A stretch of 37,502 bases of DNA from contig JAJFIM010000064.1 in the NCBI GenBank assembly GCA_021774995.1, positions 1-37,502 of the forward strand, given 5' to 3'. Origin of the DNA: Alphaproteobacteria bacterium. Its GTDB lineage: Bacteria > Pseudomonadota > Alphaproteobacteria > SMXP01. The notes beneath the pieces were generated by a model. The model worked only from the letters and a program-made list of their open reading frames with translations. It had not been told where the DNA came from and did not search any database. This document shows positions 7,342 to 16,300 of the stretch, one piece after another; position 1 is the first letter of the stretch; each line of letters starts with the position of its first letter. The position numbers and the translations under genes were made by a program.

Positions 7342-8112
7342 TCAAACCTCAATCTCTTTGCCATTTTCATCAAACCCAGCGCATTCGAAGCCACCGCGTC
7401 TATCAGGATAACCGAGTTGGTTTGAAATAATCCGGGTTTTGCCGATGTTCTGATCGTCACACTCATGGGTGTGACCGTAAATCCAGAGATCAGGCTGATA
7501 TTTTTCGATCATCTCAACCATGTCGAGGGAATTGAAGCCTGGCATTAACGGGCTGTTTCCGTATTGGGTATTTGGATTGATGACAGGCGCATGATGGGAA
7601 ATCACCACACGCGGTCCAACCAGATCCTGTTCAAACCAGGAAGATAGCCGATCCTTAAACATTTGATGGAGGACTATGGCGTCTTCCGGCTGGAAAACGC
7701 TGCCGTCCGCATTGCGGATTAATTGGAAGTCGTTCATCTGGTGCCGGATAACGTTCATAGCGTTTATATCGCCGTCGTTAAAATTCGTCCACATGGCGCC
7801 GCCGAAAAAATGTACGTCCTCGATGCTGACCGCTTCGTCTTGCAGGAACGTCACATTTTTATGATGATCGCTGGTCCATTTTCGGAAAGCTTCGTCCTCT
7901 TCATCCATGGGGGATCGGGTGTAATATTCATGATTTCCGGCAACATAGAGAACCGGCTTGCCCCAGCCTTGCAGCAAGCGGTCCAGCGGGCTGAAATCCT
8001 GAAACGTAATGATATCGCCCGCTAGCACCAAAAGATCGGCGTCCGTGTCTTCCGGTAATTGGAAGTGCGCGCCGAATTCCAGATGTAAATCGCTGTAAAT
8101 CAATAGTTTCAT
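7342..8112 (-). CDS. Calcineurin-like metallophosphoesterase
   Basis: The ordered motifs are YSDLHLE (DxH), LAGDI (GD), AGNHEYY (GNHE), ISHHAP (HH) and YGHTHE (GHTH). I prefer the start at MKLLIYS (8112). Confidence 0.8.
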   Translation of the reverse strand: MKLLIYSDLHLEFGAHFQLPEDTDADLLVLAGDIITFQDFSPLDRLLQGWGKPVLYVAGNHEYYTRSPMDEEDEAFRKWTSDHHKNVTFLQDEAVSIEDVHFFGGAMWTNFNDGDINAMNVIRHQMNDFQLIRNADGSVFQPEDAIVLHQMFKDRLSSWFEQDLVGPRVVISHHAPVINPNTQYGNSPLMPGFNSLDMVEMIEKYQPDLWIYGHTHECDDQNIGKTRIISNQLGYPDRRGGFECAGFDENGKEIEV

Positions 8113-8219
8113 AGTTTTACCAATGCTCAATAATTCCGTAACGTCCAGTCTTTTTTGAACTCTTGCAGCAGATTTTACTACACCGCTCTAAAGCAATAAT
8201 AGAGATGCTTTTTCTGCAA

Positions 8220-8795
8220 TCACAACGCTGCATAATATTCATCCCGTCCCGTTCCGACTCGACAAAGCAGCCCGCATTTTAACAATCCATCTATATCCCG
8301 ATATGCTGTGGCGCGTCCGACGCCAAAAACATAGACGAGATCATGTGCTTGCAATTTATCGCCTTGTTTGATTTTCGCATAAAACCATAACTGCCTGAGC
8401 GTCAATTTTTGCATTTTTTTGAGCAGGACGTCCGAACTTTCTGTCTCAAAAATGAGACACGATATGTCAAAACTGCTGTTATCTCTGCCCTGTTTTTCGG
8501 CCTGGTTTTGTGCCTGAATAAGCTGCGCCAAATCGCCGCGCCCGACCTTGTCCAGAAACCATTCTATGAGGCGTGGCGATGCTTTGGTGAGATGTATGAA
8601 GTTCCCTAAACCCGGTGCTCTCTGGGCATCATACCAGTTTCGGATAGCATGGTGAGATGCATCGGTTTTACGCTCAATGCGTTTTATGGCTGCACCGGAA
8701 TCCTGATAATCCTGACGCAGGATTTCGGCAATTTCACGGGCAAGTTTTTCTTCTGATTTTAGTGAGTCAAATGACTCGTTTTGGATTGGTGACAT
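8220..8795 (-). CDS. Hypothetical protein with a probable C-terminal winged-helix DNA-binding domain
   Basis: GGAG ribosome-binding site 7 nt upstream of ATG 8795. The C-terminus LQAHDLVYVFGVGRATAYRDIDGLLKCGLLCRVG is wHTH-like. Confidence 0.5.
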   Translation of the reverse strand: MSPIQNESFDSLKSEEKLAREIAEILRQDYQDSGAAIKRIERKTDASHHAIRNWYDAQRAPGLGNFIHLTKASPRLIEWFLDKVGRGDLAQLIQAQNQAEKQGRDNSSFDISCLIFETESSDVLLKKMQKLTLRQLWFYAKIKQGDKLQAHDLVYVFGVGRATAYRDIDGLLKCGLLCRVGTGRDEYYAAL

Positions 8796-8917
8796 ATTTG
8801 CACTCCTTTCTTTATGATGGAAAAAGAAGCAGTTATGCACCGGCCCGGGTATTTTTACTTTGGGGTCACTTTCGGTATTTGGAATAAATTAACGGCGGCA
8901 AGACGGGATGATTATAA

Positions 8918-10489
8918 ATGTACAAGGATCACAATCAGGGACATAAGGAGCATGCCTTATCGGGCAAAAAAGCTGCCATATATTTACGCATGTCTGATGA
9001 CAGGCAGGAATGCTCGACCGAGATTCAGGAAAAAATCATCCGTGCCTATGCCGATAAAAACGATATTGAAATCGTCCGTATCTATACGGATGAAGGCAAA
9101 AGCGGCGTTGTTATCAAAGGCCGCCAATCTTTTCAAAAACTGATCCATAATGTTCAGGCTGAAAAACAGGAATTCGGTTTCGAACTGCTGCTCGTCTACG
9201 ATATTTCCCGCTGGGGGCGGTTTCAATACACCGATGAAAGCGCACACTATGAATATGTCTGCCGCATGGCCGGTATCAGGGTGGAATACGTGGATGAGCC
9301 GTTTGAAAACGATGGCAGTCCCGCCTCGGAAATTCTGAAAGCATATGGGCGTTTTTCTGCCGGAGAATACAGCCGCAAACTGTCCGTAAAAGTTTTTAAC
9401 GGTCAGTGTCACCATATCGGGCGCGGGTTCCGGCAAGGCGGCCCGGCAGGGTTTGGCTTGCGCCGCATGCTGATTGATGAAAACGGCAATGAAAAAGGCC
9501 TTCTGAAAATGGGTGAGCATAAAAGCATCACCACCGACCGTGTCATTCTGGTGCCGGGACCGGAAGAAGAAATCGCAATCGTACACCGGATCTATGAAAT
9601 GTTCGTCGATGAGAACCGGAGTGAAAGCGAGATCGCCGCCGACCTCAACCGCAAGGAGATTTTAACGGATTTCGGACGACCCTGGACGCGCGCCAGCGTT
9701 CACCAGATTTTGATCAACGAAAAATATATCGGCACCAACGTGTTCAATCGCCGTTCTTTCAAGCTTAAGGAAAAGCGCGTCAACAACCCCGAAGAAGAAT
9801 GGATCAAAAAGGAAGACGCTTTTCAGGCCATCGTTAAACCCAGCTATTTTTACAACGCGCAGGGTATTATCCGCGCGCGCAACCGGAAATATTCGAACGA
9901 AGAAATGCTGGACAAGCTCCGTACTCTGCGTGAGCGGCAGGGCTGGCTGTCGGGGTTCCTGATCGATGAAAACGAAAACATGCCCTCCAGCGGAGCCTAT
10001 GCCTCCCGCTTCGGCAGTCTTTATGACGCCTACAAACTGATCGGCTACACGCCCACCCGCGACATGCGCTATATAGAGGACAATCGCCATATCCGCAAAC
10101 TTCATCCCGGCATTTGTGAAGGGGTTATTCGCCGGATACAGGATCTGGGCGGATGGGTGCACCGTGAAGTTACGTCGGACTTGATCGTGGTGAATGATGA
10201 GGTGAAAGTCTCGATTGTCATCTCACGCTGCCATCAGACTAAAGCCGGAAGTAACCGCTGGAAGGTCAGGCTTGATGCCGGGCTGGAACCGGACATCACC
10301 ATTGTCGTGCGCATGGATCCGGCCAACGAACACCCACTCGATTATTATATCCTCCCCGCCATTGATATCGAAGATCCAAAGCTGCGTCTGGCTGACAATA
10401 ACGGCTTGGCGCTGGATTGCTACCGCTTTGACGAGCTGGAGGATTTTTTCTCTTTAACCCGCCGCATCACCATACAGGAGGCCGCATAA
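8918..10489 (+). CDS. Large serine recombinase (resolvase/invertase catalytic domain plus recombinase and Zn-ribbon extension)
   Basis: Catalytic motif AAIYLRMSDDRQ. Also has EIQE...YTDEGKSG and VYDISRWGRF. The long C-terminal extension is typical of large serine recombinases. Confidence 0.9.
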   Translation: MYKDHNQGHKEHALSGKKAAIYLRMSDDRQECSTEIQEKIIRAYADKNDIEIVRIYTDEGKSGVVIKGRQSFQKLIHNVQAEKQEFGFELLLVYDISRWGRFQYTDESAHYEYVCRMAGIRVEYVDEPFENDGSPASEILKAYGRFSAGEYSRKLSVKVFNGQCHHIGRGFRQGGPAGFGLRRMLIDENGNEKGLLKMGEHKSITTDRVILVPGPEEEIAIVHRIYEMFVDENRSESEIAADLNRKEILTDFGRPWTRASVHQILINEKYIGTNVFNRRSFKLKEKRVNNPEEEWIKKEDAFQAIVKPSYFYNAQGIIRARNRKYSNEEMLDKLRTLRERQGWLSGFLIDENENMPSSGAYASRFGSLYDAYKLIGYTPTRDMRYIEDNRHIRKLHPGICEGVIRRIQDLGGWVHREVTSDLIVVNDEVKVSIVISRCHQTKAGSNRWKVRLDAGLEPDITIVVRMDPANEHPLDYYILPAIDIEDPKLRLADNNGLALDCYRFDELEDFFSLTRRITIQEAA

Positions 10490-11385
10490 TGAACAGTAAA
10501 TACGACATCCAGATGATCCCGATTGATCAAATCACCGTTATTAACTCGCGGGAACGCAGCGAAAAAAGCTTTCAGGCCGTCAAAGGCAATATTGAAAGCG
10601 TGGGCCTGAAAAAGCCTGTGACCGTGCGCCCGTCCGATGACGGTAACGGTTATGATCTGGTCTGCGGCGAAGGCCGCTTGAAATCTTTCATTGCTTTGGG
10701 GCAGAAGACCATTCCGGCTATCGTCCGCCAAGACCTGTCGAAAGAAGATGCCTACGTTATGAGCCTGGTGGAAAACATGGCGCGTCGACATCACACGGCA
10801 TTGGATTTGATGAAAGGTATAGAGTTGCTAAAAAGCCAAGGATACGATGTGGCGGACATATCCCGCAAAACGGGTCTGGGTGAGTCCTATGTCTATTATA
10901 TTCTGGCGTTGCTGGAAAAAGGTGAAGAGCGGTTAATCACTGCTGTCGAAAAAGGTCAAATTCCTTTAAGCATCGCTGTAAAAATCGCTGCCGCGCCTGG
11001 TGAAGAACAAAAAGCCCTGCAGGAAGCATATGAAAAAGAGGGTTTGCGGGGCAACAGATTCGTCGCGGCCCAGCGCCTGATTGAAAAACGCCGTACACTC
11101 GGCAAAGGCATGAGGTCTGCCGGTAACATACGAAAAAACAAGGACGGCGAGACCTTGTCTGCGCGGCAGATGGTACAAAAATTCAAAACCGAAATGGACA
11201 GGATGCGCTCACTTGTAGAAAAAGCTCACAAGACAGAGGCAACGCTGATGATCGTTGTTGAATCCTTTTACAATCTTTTGCAAGACGAGAATTTCAAGAC
11301 GCTCCTGCGTGCGGAAAATTTAAATACCATGCCGGAAACTCTGTCTGACATGATCGCGCAGCGGGAGGGCAGCCATGTCAGATGA
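10489..11385 (+). CDS. ParB/Srx-fold N-terminal domain protein
   Basis: IPIDQITVINSRERSEKSFQAVKGNIESVGLKKPVTVRP...VCGEGRLKSFIALG, followed by the HTH ISRKTGLGESYVYYIL. The start overlaps the recombinase stop (TAATG at 10487-10491). Confidence 0.8.
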   Translation: MNSKYDIQMIPIDQITVINSRERSEKSFQAVKGNIESVGLKKPVTVRPSDDGNGYDLVCGEGRLKSFIALGQKTIPAIVRQDLSKEDAYVMSLVENMARRHHTALDLMKGIELLKSQGYDVADISRKTGLGESYVYYILALLEKGEERLITAVEKGQIPLSIAVKIAAAPGEEQKALQEAYEKEGLRGNRFVAAQRLIEKRRTLGKGMRSAGNIRKNKDGETLSARQMVQKFKTEMDRMRSLVEKAHKTEATLMIVVESFYNLLQDENFKTLLRAENLNTMPETLSDMIAQREGSHVR

Positions 11386-12301
11386 TATAATCAGCGGTTT
11401 TGAAGGCGAAATGCTCACACTTGATCTGGATCGGATCGTTCCGCTTAAAATGCTTAAAAAATCCAATCTGGAAAGCCAGAAATTCAAACAAATCATCTCA
11501 TCGATCAAGGAGGTAGGCATTATAGAGCCGCTGGTGGTGAGCCGCCAGCCAGGTAAGGATTCCGCCAAATCCAGACGCTATATACTTCTGGACGGCCATA
11601 TGCGCCTGGAAGCCCTGAAACAGATGGGGGAAACAAGCACGCTCTGCCTTGTCTCAACCGACGACGAGGCTTTTACCTACAATAAATATATCAGCCGCCA
11701 GCCTCCGATTCAGGAACACAAGATGATTGAGACCATGGTCAAAGACGGTGTACCGGAGGAAAAAATCGCCAGAGCACTCAACATCAATGTTAAAAGCATC
11801 GTCCTCAAACGTAAGATGCTGGACGGCATTTGCAAAGAAGCGGTCAAGCTACTGGAAGACAAGATGATGGCTGCCACCGTCTTTCAATATCTGAAGAAAA
11901 TGAAGCCCGCCCGCCAGATAGAATGCGCCATGCTGATGGTCGATATGAATGATTTTACCGTGCGTTACGCACAGGCTTTGTTCGAAAGCACCAGGGATGA
12001 CGAGCTTGTAAAGCCGGAAAAACCCAAAGCGGCAAAAGGCCTGAGCGCGGAAAAACGGATACGTATGCAGGATGAGTTGGACAAGCTGGGGCGAGAATAC
12101 AAACTTATCAAAGACGACCGTGGTCAGAAAAATCTCATTCTGCAATTTACGAAAAACTATCTGGGGCGATTGCTGGATAACGCCCGTGTTGCGCGTTTTT
12201 TAGAGCAGAACCACCCCGATATTCTGGAGGAGTTTCAAAAAATCGCCGATATGACATCCCTGAAAGGCGGTAATACGCAATCGGACCAGACATCAGGCTG
12301 A
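11375..12301 (+). CDS. Second ParB-fold protein (RepB C-terminal-like)
   Basis: LDLDRIVPLK...KQIISSIKEVGIIEPLVVSR...ILLDGHMRLEALKQMG, plus the HTH EEKIARALNINVKSI. There is an 11-nt overlap with the preceding gene. Confidence 0.75.
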   Translation: MSDDIISGFEGEMLTLDLDRIVPLKMLKKSNLESQKFKQIISSIKEVGIIEPLVVSRQPGKDSAKSRRYILLDGHMRLEALKQMGETSTLCLVSTDDEAFTYNKYISRQPPIQEHKMIETMVKDGVPEEKIARALNINVKSIVLKRKMLDGICKEAVKLLEDKMMAATVFQYLKKMKPARQIECAMLMVDMNDFTVRYAQALFESTRDDELVKPEKPKAAKGLSAEKRIRMQDELDKLGREYKLIKDDRGQKNLILQFTKNYLGRLLDNARVARFLEQNHPDILEEFQKIADMTSLKGGNTQSDQTSG

Positions 12302-12639
12302 AGCGGGCGGCGCGGTTTTTCAAAAGGGATGGATTCAAGCCGCGACCGCCATTCGAGAGGCGACAAGGAGACCGGGATCCTTTCACGTGCGAGCCGTGAC
12401 AAGCGCCGGGACCGTGGGAGAAGCCGTCCGGCCAAGGCCGGACATGGAGCGAGCACGGTGGCAGGAATGGCGGCGACCCCGTTCGGAGCCTGCCAAGGCT
12501 GGACCGCCATATTGCCCAGCCGACCGGTCTTGTCAATCCGGGCAACCAGGCAAAAGCGCGCACCGGCATGCCGGATAGCTTCAGATCCATATGCCGGTGC
12601 GCCGTTAGAAAAATATAGGCAAATCATAGTCATCGCCTC
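12302..12639. other. GC-rich (about 65%), hairpin-dense tract with no convincing ORF; candidate structured RNA or recombination site
   Basis: Sampled 60-mers reach about 67% GC against an AT-rich neighbourhood. Perfect hairpin GTCCGGCC-AA-GGCCGGAC at 12426-12443. Helices GGCAGG (12460-12465)/CCTGCC (12489-12494) and ATGGCGG (12467-12473)/CCGCCAT (12504-12510) cross each other. There is a 12-bp stem at 12558-12602. All ORFs here are Arg/Pro/Ala-rich and low complexity. Confidence 0.3.
12551..12602 (-). terminator. Long hairpin, possible terminator of the small minus-strand gene
   Basis: Arms GCGCACCGGCAT (12558-12569) and ATGCCGGTGCGC (12591-12602) are perfectly complementary. An inner GGAT/ATCC extension is present. 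In minus sense the stem is followed by GCTTTTGCC (a short U run). Confidence 0.35.
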
Positions 12640-12867
12640 CTACCAGTAATATTCATGCGGTTTATGGTTCCCCAGCGGCCATGCAATATTGTCAGGATCG
12701 TCACCTTTCAGAATACGGTGACAGTGCCTTGCATTTTTGCGGCGTTTGGGCCTGTTCATAAACAGGTTCACCCACCATCCTGGGGTGGATGCCATTGTTT
12801 GGTGCCCATCTCGGAAGGTCTTCCCCTTCCGGAGTTCGTATGGGTCACGCCTGTAAGTACGCGACAT
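12640..12867 (-). CDS. Small basic hypothetical protein (75 aa)
   Basis: AGGAGA ribosome-binding site upstream of ATG 12867. The product is MSRTYRRDPYELRKGKTFRDGHQ...RPKRRKNARHCHRILKG...HEYYW. The 105-aa track ORF has an unsupported N-terminal extension. Confidence 0.5.
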   Translation of the reverse strand: MSRTYRRDPYELRKGKTFRDGHQTMASTPGWWVNLFMNRPKRRKNARHCHRILKGDDPDNIAWPLGNHKPHEYYW

Positions 12868-13119
12868 TGTTTTTCTCCTAAGTAAGTTGGTACTTAGAAG
12901 AGCGCGCCTTTTCGGGGAGAATGAGGGGAAGAACAGGCGAACAAAAGCACCCGGCAAGCGCTAACCGCTCCCGACTGATACGTCCCAATACTGTTTAAAA
13001 TAAAATTGTCAGTTGCCATCACCGTAACTCAACCAGCCGAAATATTCAAATTTGTCTTCAAACTTTCCTTGTGTTTGAGCGCTTTTTCTACTTTTTTATG
13101 GTTTTTCAAGTTCTTATTC

Positions 13120-13148
13120 TTGCAGTTAGAGTCTTCTTCCTTTATTTT
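13120..13148 (+). promoter_or_regulatory. Candidate sigma70-type promoter for the defence operon
   Basis: TTGCAG (13120-13125), a 17-nt spacer, then TATTTT (13143-13148), about 30 nt upstream of the HTH start. This is a by-eye match in a T-rich region. Confidence 0.25.
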
Positions 13149-13178
13149 CTCAACCATTACTGTTTTATCCGAAGGATT

Positions 13179-13373
13179 ATGATGACGGACGATCCAGAAA
13201 TTATGACGATTCGTGAGGTGGCGGAATATCTGCGCCTGACAGAAAAAACAGCTTATAGGTTTGCTCTAGAAGGCAAGATACCTGGTTTTAAAGTTGGTGC
13301 GGCGTGGCGTTTTAGAAGAGATGAGATTGTTACATGGACGAAATCTCAGAACAGGAACAAATCAGTGGCATAA
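13179..13373 (+). CDS. Small HTH_17 / excisionase-family (MerR-like) DNA-binding protein; probable operon regulator
   Basis: MTIREVAEYLRLTEKTAYRFALEGKIPGFKVGAAWRFRRDEIVTW is the canonical excisionase-family HTH. GAAGGA ribosome-binding site at 13171-13176, with tandem ATGs at 13179/13182. The stop lies 15 nt before the helicase gene. Confidence 0.7.
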   Translation: MMTDDPEIMTIREVAEYLRLTEKTAYRFALEGKIPGFKVGAAWRFRRDEIVTWTKSQNRNKSVA

Positions 13374-13388
13374 TAGAAAGGCTCCAAA

Positions 13389-16300
13389 ATGAACGTTTTC
13401 GATTTAGATAAATCGCTACTGCAGGACTACGAGAGATTCGCCCGCTCTTTCACACGGATAAAAGCAGAAGACATCAAAACCCAAGTAGACGAACTTTATG
13501 CAAGCAATCGTTTCTGGCCTGAGCCATTAATCACTATCAACCCTCATTATGAGCGCGGCAGCAGTGTTACAGATCTAGTCTCACAAGGTTTATTACATCC
13601 GGATACTGCAAAAATCTTTCAAATCGATGATAACCCGATCATTCTTCACAGACACCAAACACAAGCTGTATCAAAAGCATGTGCAAAAAATAGTTTTGTT
13701 GTCACAACAGGAACAGGATCGGGTAAATCCCTCTGCTTTTTTGTGCCCATTGTAGATCAAGCAGTAAGAGCAAGATCTGAAGGACAGGAACAAAAAACAA
13801 GAGCCATCATTGTGTACCCGATGAACGCCTTGGCAAATAGCCAACTGAAAGAAATCGAAAAATTTATTGAGCAATCGGGCCTTCCTGAACATTTAAAACC
13901 TTCTTTTGCTCGATATACAGGCCAGGAGAGTACGGAAGAGCGTGAACGTATTATGAAATCAAAGCCAGATATTTTGCTAACAAACTTCATGATGCTTGAG
14001 CTTTTGATGACTCGTCAGAATAAGCTGGATAGCACCGTAATTAATAACGCTAAAGATTTAGATTTTATTGTGCTTGATGAATTACACACTTATAGGGGGC
14101 GACAAGGTGCTGATGTTGCAATGCTTGTTAGAAGGCTCAAAGATCGCCTATGCCGGGATAAAGAACCTATTTGCATCGGAACATCCGCAACTATGGCAAG
14201 CGAGGGAGATACAGCAGAAACTGTAGCCGAAGTGGCCTCTAAGCTTTTTGGAGCATCAATAGGCTCAGACGCAGTCATTGATGAAAGCCTGCAAAGAGCA
14301 ACCAACCCGGAACTCACGCTAAAGGTAATCAAGAAAGATTTGCCCCTTGTTATTGATGAAGAAATCCCAGAGAAAATAAGTGACGCCACCCTACAAAATC
14401 ATCCGCTGGCAATATGGATTGAACTGGAAATAGGCCTTTCAGACCAGCAAAAATTAAAGCGACGGACACCTGTTACCCTCGACGATGCTGCCAAACGCCT
14501 CTCGAAAGAAATAAATTGTAATGAAGTACGGTGCCGAGAACAGCTGGAGAAAATACTTACTCTTATGAATATGCCTGAGGTTGACAGGGGTGGTAAAAAC
14601 GAAAGAGCCTTTATGGCATTTAAGCTTCATCAATTTATTTCCGGAGCTGGCCATGTTTACGCAACATTAAAAAGCAAAGGGCATCGAAAAATCACTTTAG
14701 AGGGGCAACGTTTTGACCCGGAAAACACTAATTCCAGGCTTTATCCGTCATTTTTCTGTAGAAATTGTGGCCAAGAATATCACCCTGTAACCTTATCTCA
14801 AGAAAGCGGCATTGACAGATTTATCCCAAGAGGAATAGACGAAACCCCCTTGGATGATGAGAATACGGGGGATATTGCTGGATATTTGATGCCAGAACCT
14901 GAAAATGACCCAGAATTTGTTTTCACCGCCTCACCCGATGACGAGTCTTTTCCTGAAGAATGGATTGAGCAAGGACCAAAAGGATCCAGAGTTCGCAAGG
15001 AGAAAAAGAAATTTATTCCTCTCCAGTATAATGTGGAAGCTAATGGAGAACCTTCTTCTGTTGGTATTAGAGCTTGGTTTTTACCTGGAAAATTCCGTTT
15101 TTGCCTGTGTTGCAAAGATCAACCTGCCGGTCAAACAAGAGAAAGGAATAAGCTTGCGGGATTGTCTGCTGAAGGTCGTAGTTCTGCAACAACGCTTCTT
15201 GTCTCAAGTGCGTTGCGATGGATGAATAAAAATAAAGATATCCCAGAAGATAAGAGAAAATTACTTTGTTTTACAGATAATCGACAAGACGCGGCATTAC
15301 AAGCTGGAAACTTTAATGACTTCTTATTTGTATCTTTGCTTAGAGCAGCTACCTTTGCTGCGGTAAAACAAGCTGGCGAGAAAGGCCTAGCCGAAGATGA
15401 GTTCGGCGCACAAATTCAAAAAGCACTCGGCTTTAATGCCGAAAATATTAATCGGCGTCGAGAATGGATGCAGGACTCTGAAATTAAGGGTGTTGGTATT
15501 TATGATGCGGAAAGAATTTTGTCTCGTGTTCTCTCCTACCGTGTATGGACAGATCAGAAACGTGGATGGAGATATACAAACCCTAATTTAGAACAGTTGG
15601 GTCTTGTCACTGCAAAATATGTTGGGATCGATGATATTGCATCTGATCAAGAATTTCTTTCAAATCTCAATGTACAAGGCTTTCAGTTAGAGCCTAGTTT
15701 ATTAAAAGAAGTTTTAGGTATTGTGCTTGATACCCTCCGCAAAGGCCTTGCAGTAACAACAGACTCATTGAACAGAACAAATACAGATACCATTTCACAA
15801 AGTTCACGACAACTTTTGAGAGAGCCATGGAGTATATCTCAAAATGAAATTCCGAGTATTGCTTCTTATTTGATTATTGATGCTCCGAGAAGAGATGAAT
15901 CAGGGCTGAGAGGCGAGTATCTGATCGTGAGAGGAGGACCAAGAAGCGCGCTAGGGAAAAAACTAAACAAAGAAAAATATTGGGGAAGAAGATTAACCGG
16001 CGAGGAATATAAGGTATTGATCGATAACTTGCTTCGTGTTGCATCTGAATATCAATTGGTACGTCGTGTATCCACACCATTTGATGTAGATGGTTGGCAG
16101 TTATCCGCAAATGCCATCAGGCTTATTCACGAAGAATCCGCCACCGAGGAAAAAAACAAATATTTTATTGATCTTTATAAATCTCTGTCAGACATTTTGA
16201 TTAATGGCGGTGATGGTATTTTTGGCATTGAAGGTCGAGAACATACGGCTCAAGTAGATCAAGAAAGAAGAGAATGGAGAGAATGGCGCTTTAGATGGAA

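Noticed and set aside
8984-10162. 200-aa and 166-aa minus-strand ORFs inside the serine recombinase gene
   Set aside because: These are antisense shadow ORFs. The + frame carries unmistakable recombinase motifs.
12302-12639. Identity of the GC-rich tract as a known RNA (tmRNA, RNase P RNA, SRP RNA, cobalamin riboswitch, group II intron domain V)
   Set aside because: I could not find any of the hallmark strings: an alanine-tag reading frame or a T-arm/CCA end, GAGGAAAGTCCGG, the SRP GGAA tetraloop context, the GCCACTG B12 box, or a 34-nt D5 helix.
12147-12649. Several 60-150-aa ORFs on both strands across the GC-rich tract
   Set aside because: Their products are Arg/Pro/Ala/Gly-rich and low complexity, they overlap one another, and one overlaps the parB-like gene. 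This is typical of spurious ORFs in GC-rich DNA. The minus ORF with an AGGAGG (12235-12633) is kept only as an alternative in the finding.
13071-13178. N-terminal extension of the HTH ORF (MFERFFYFFMVFQVLIL...)
   Set aside because: It is the translation of a T-rich promoter region. A ribosome-binding site and tandem ATGs at 13179/13182 give the canonical length for an excisionase-family HTH of about 64 aa.
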